Shown here piece by piece: positions 63,987 to 64,000 of a DNA stretch of 64,000 bases. The notes below the pieces were generated by a model. That model was not told where the DNA came from. It saw only the letters and a list, made by a program, of their open reading frames with translations, and searched no databases. Made by a program: the position numbers and the translations under genes. Within the stretch, counting starts at the first letter, position 1; each line of letters opens with the position of its first letter. The DNA comes from Dipteris shenzhenensis (taxonomy: Eukaryota), in the NCBI GenBank assembly GCA_047967505.1, contig CM106538.1; one strand, 5' to 3'.

Positions 63987-64000
63987 CAGATGTGAAATGT

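Overview
Repeat-rich eukaryotic nuclear DNA from a land plant. GT-AG introns, a PLS-type PPR remnant, Ty1/Ty3 retroelements and telomere-like TTTAGGG tracts suggest a fern or other seedless plant (inference). The only clearly intact host gene is a 5-exon ILR1-like IAA-amino-acid hydrolase (44182-45799). The rest is nested mobile DNA: a CACTA end, a MITE, Copia remnants, a hAT (BED + DUF659) pseudogene and an Athila-like Ty3 element (23706-40578) that lacks RT/RNase H and carries a young 148-bp-LTR Copia (27483-33464, TSD TGTTG). There are also a foldback element, a P-element-like transposase and several tandem arrays. The most notable feature is a spliced minus-strand gene for a ParB/Srx-like domain fused to a bacterial-type beta-class N6-adenine/N4-cytosine DNA methyltransferase (DIPY ... 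FAGSG), split by the Ty3 insertion. It is clustered with a divergent WDGNH ParB-like gene, an intronless HxDLH kinase and a MULE-like transposase, which together suggest a large cargo-carrying DNA transposon. A NIF-phosphatase/SET-like gene follows a telomere-like tract at the right edge. Most cargo copies here are pseudogenised. All domain calls come from motif recognition by eye and need HMM confirmation.
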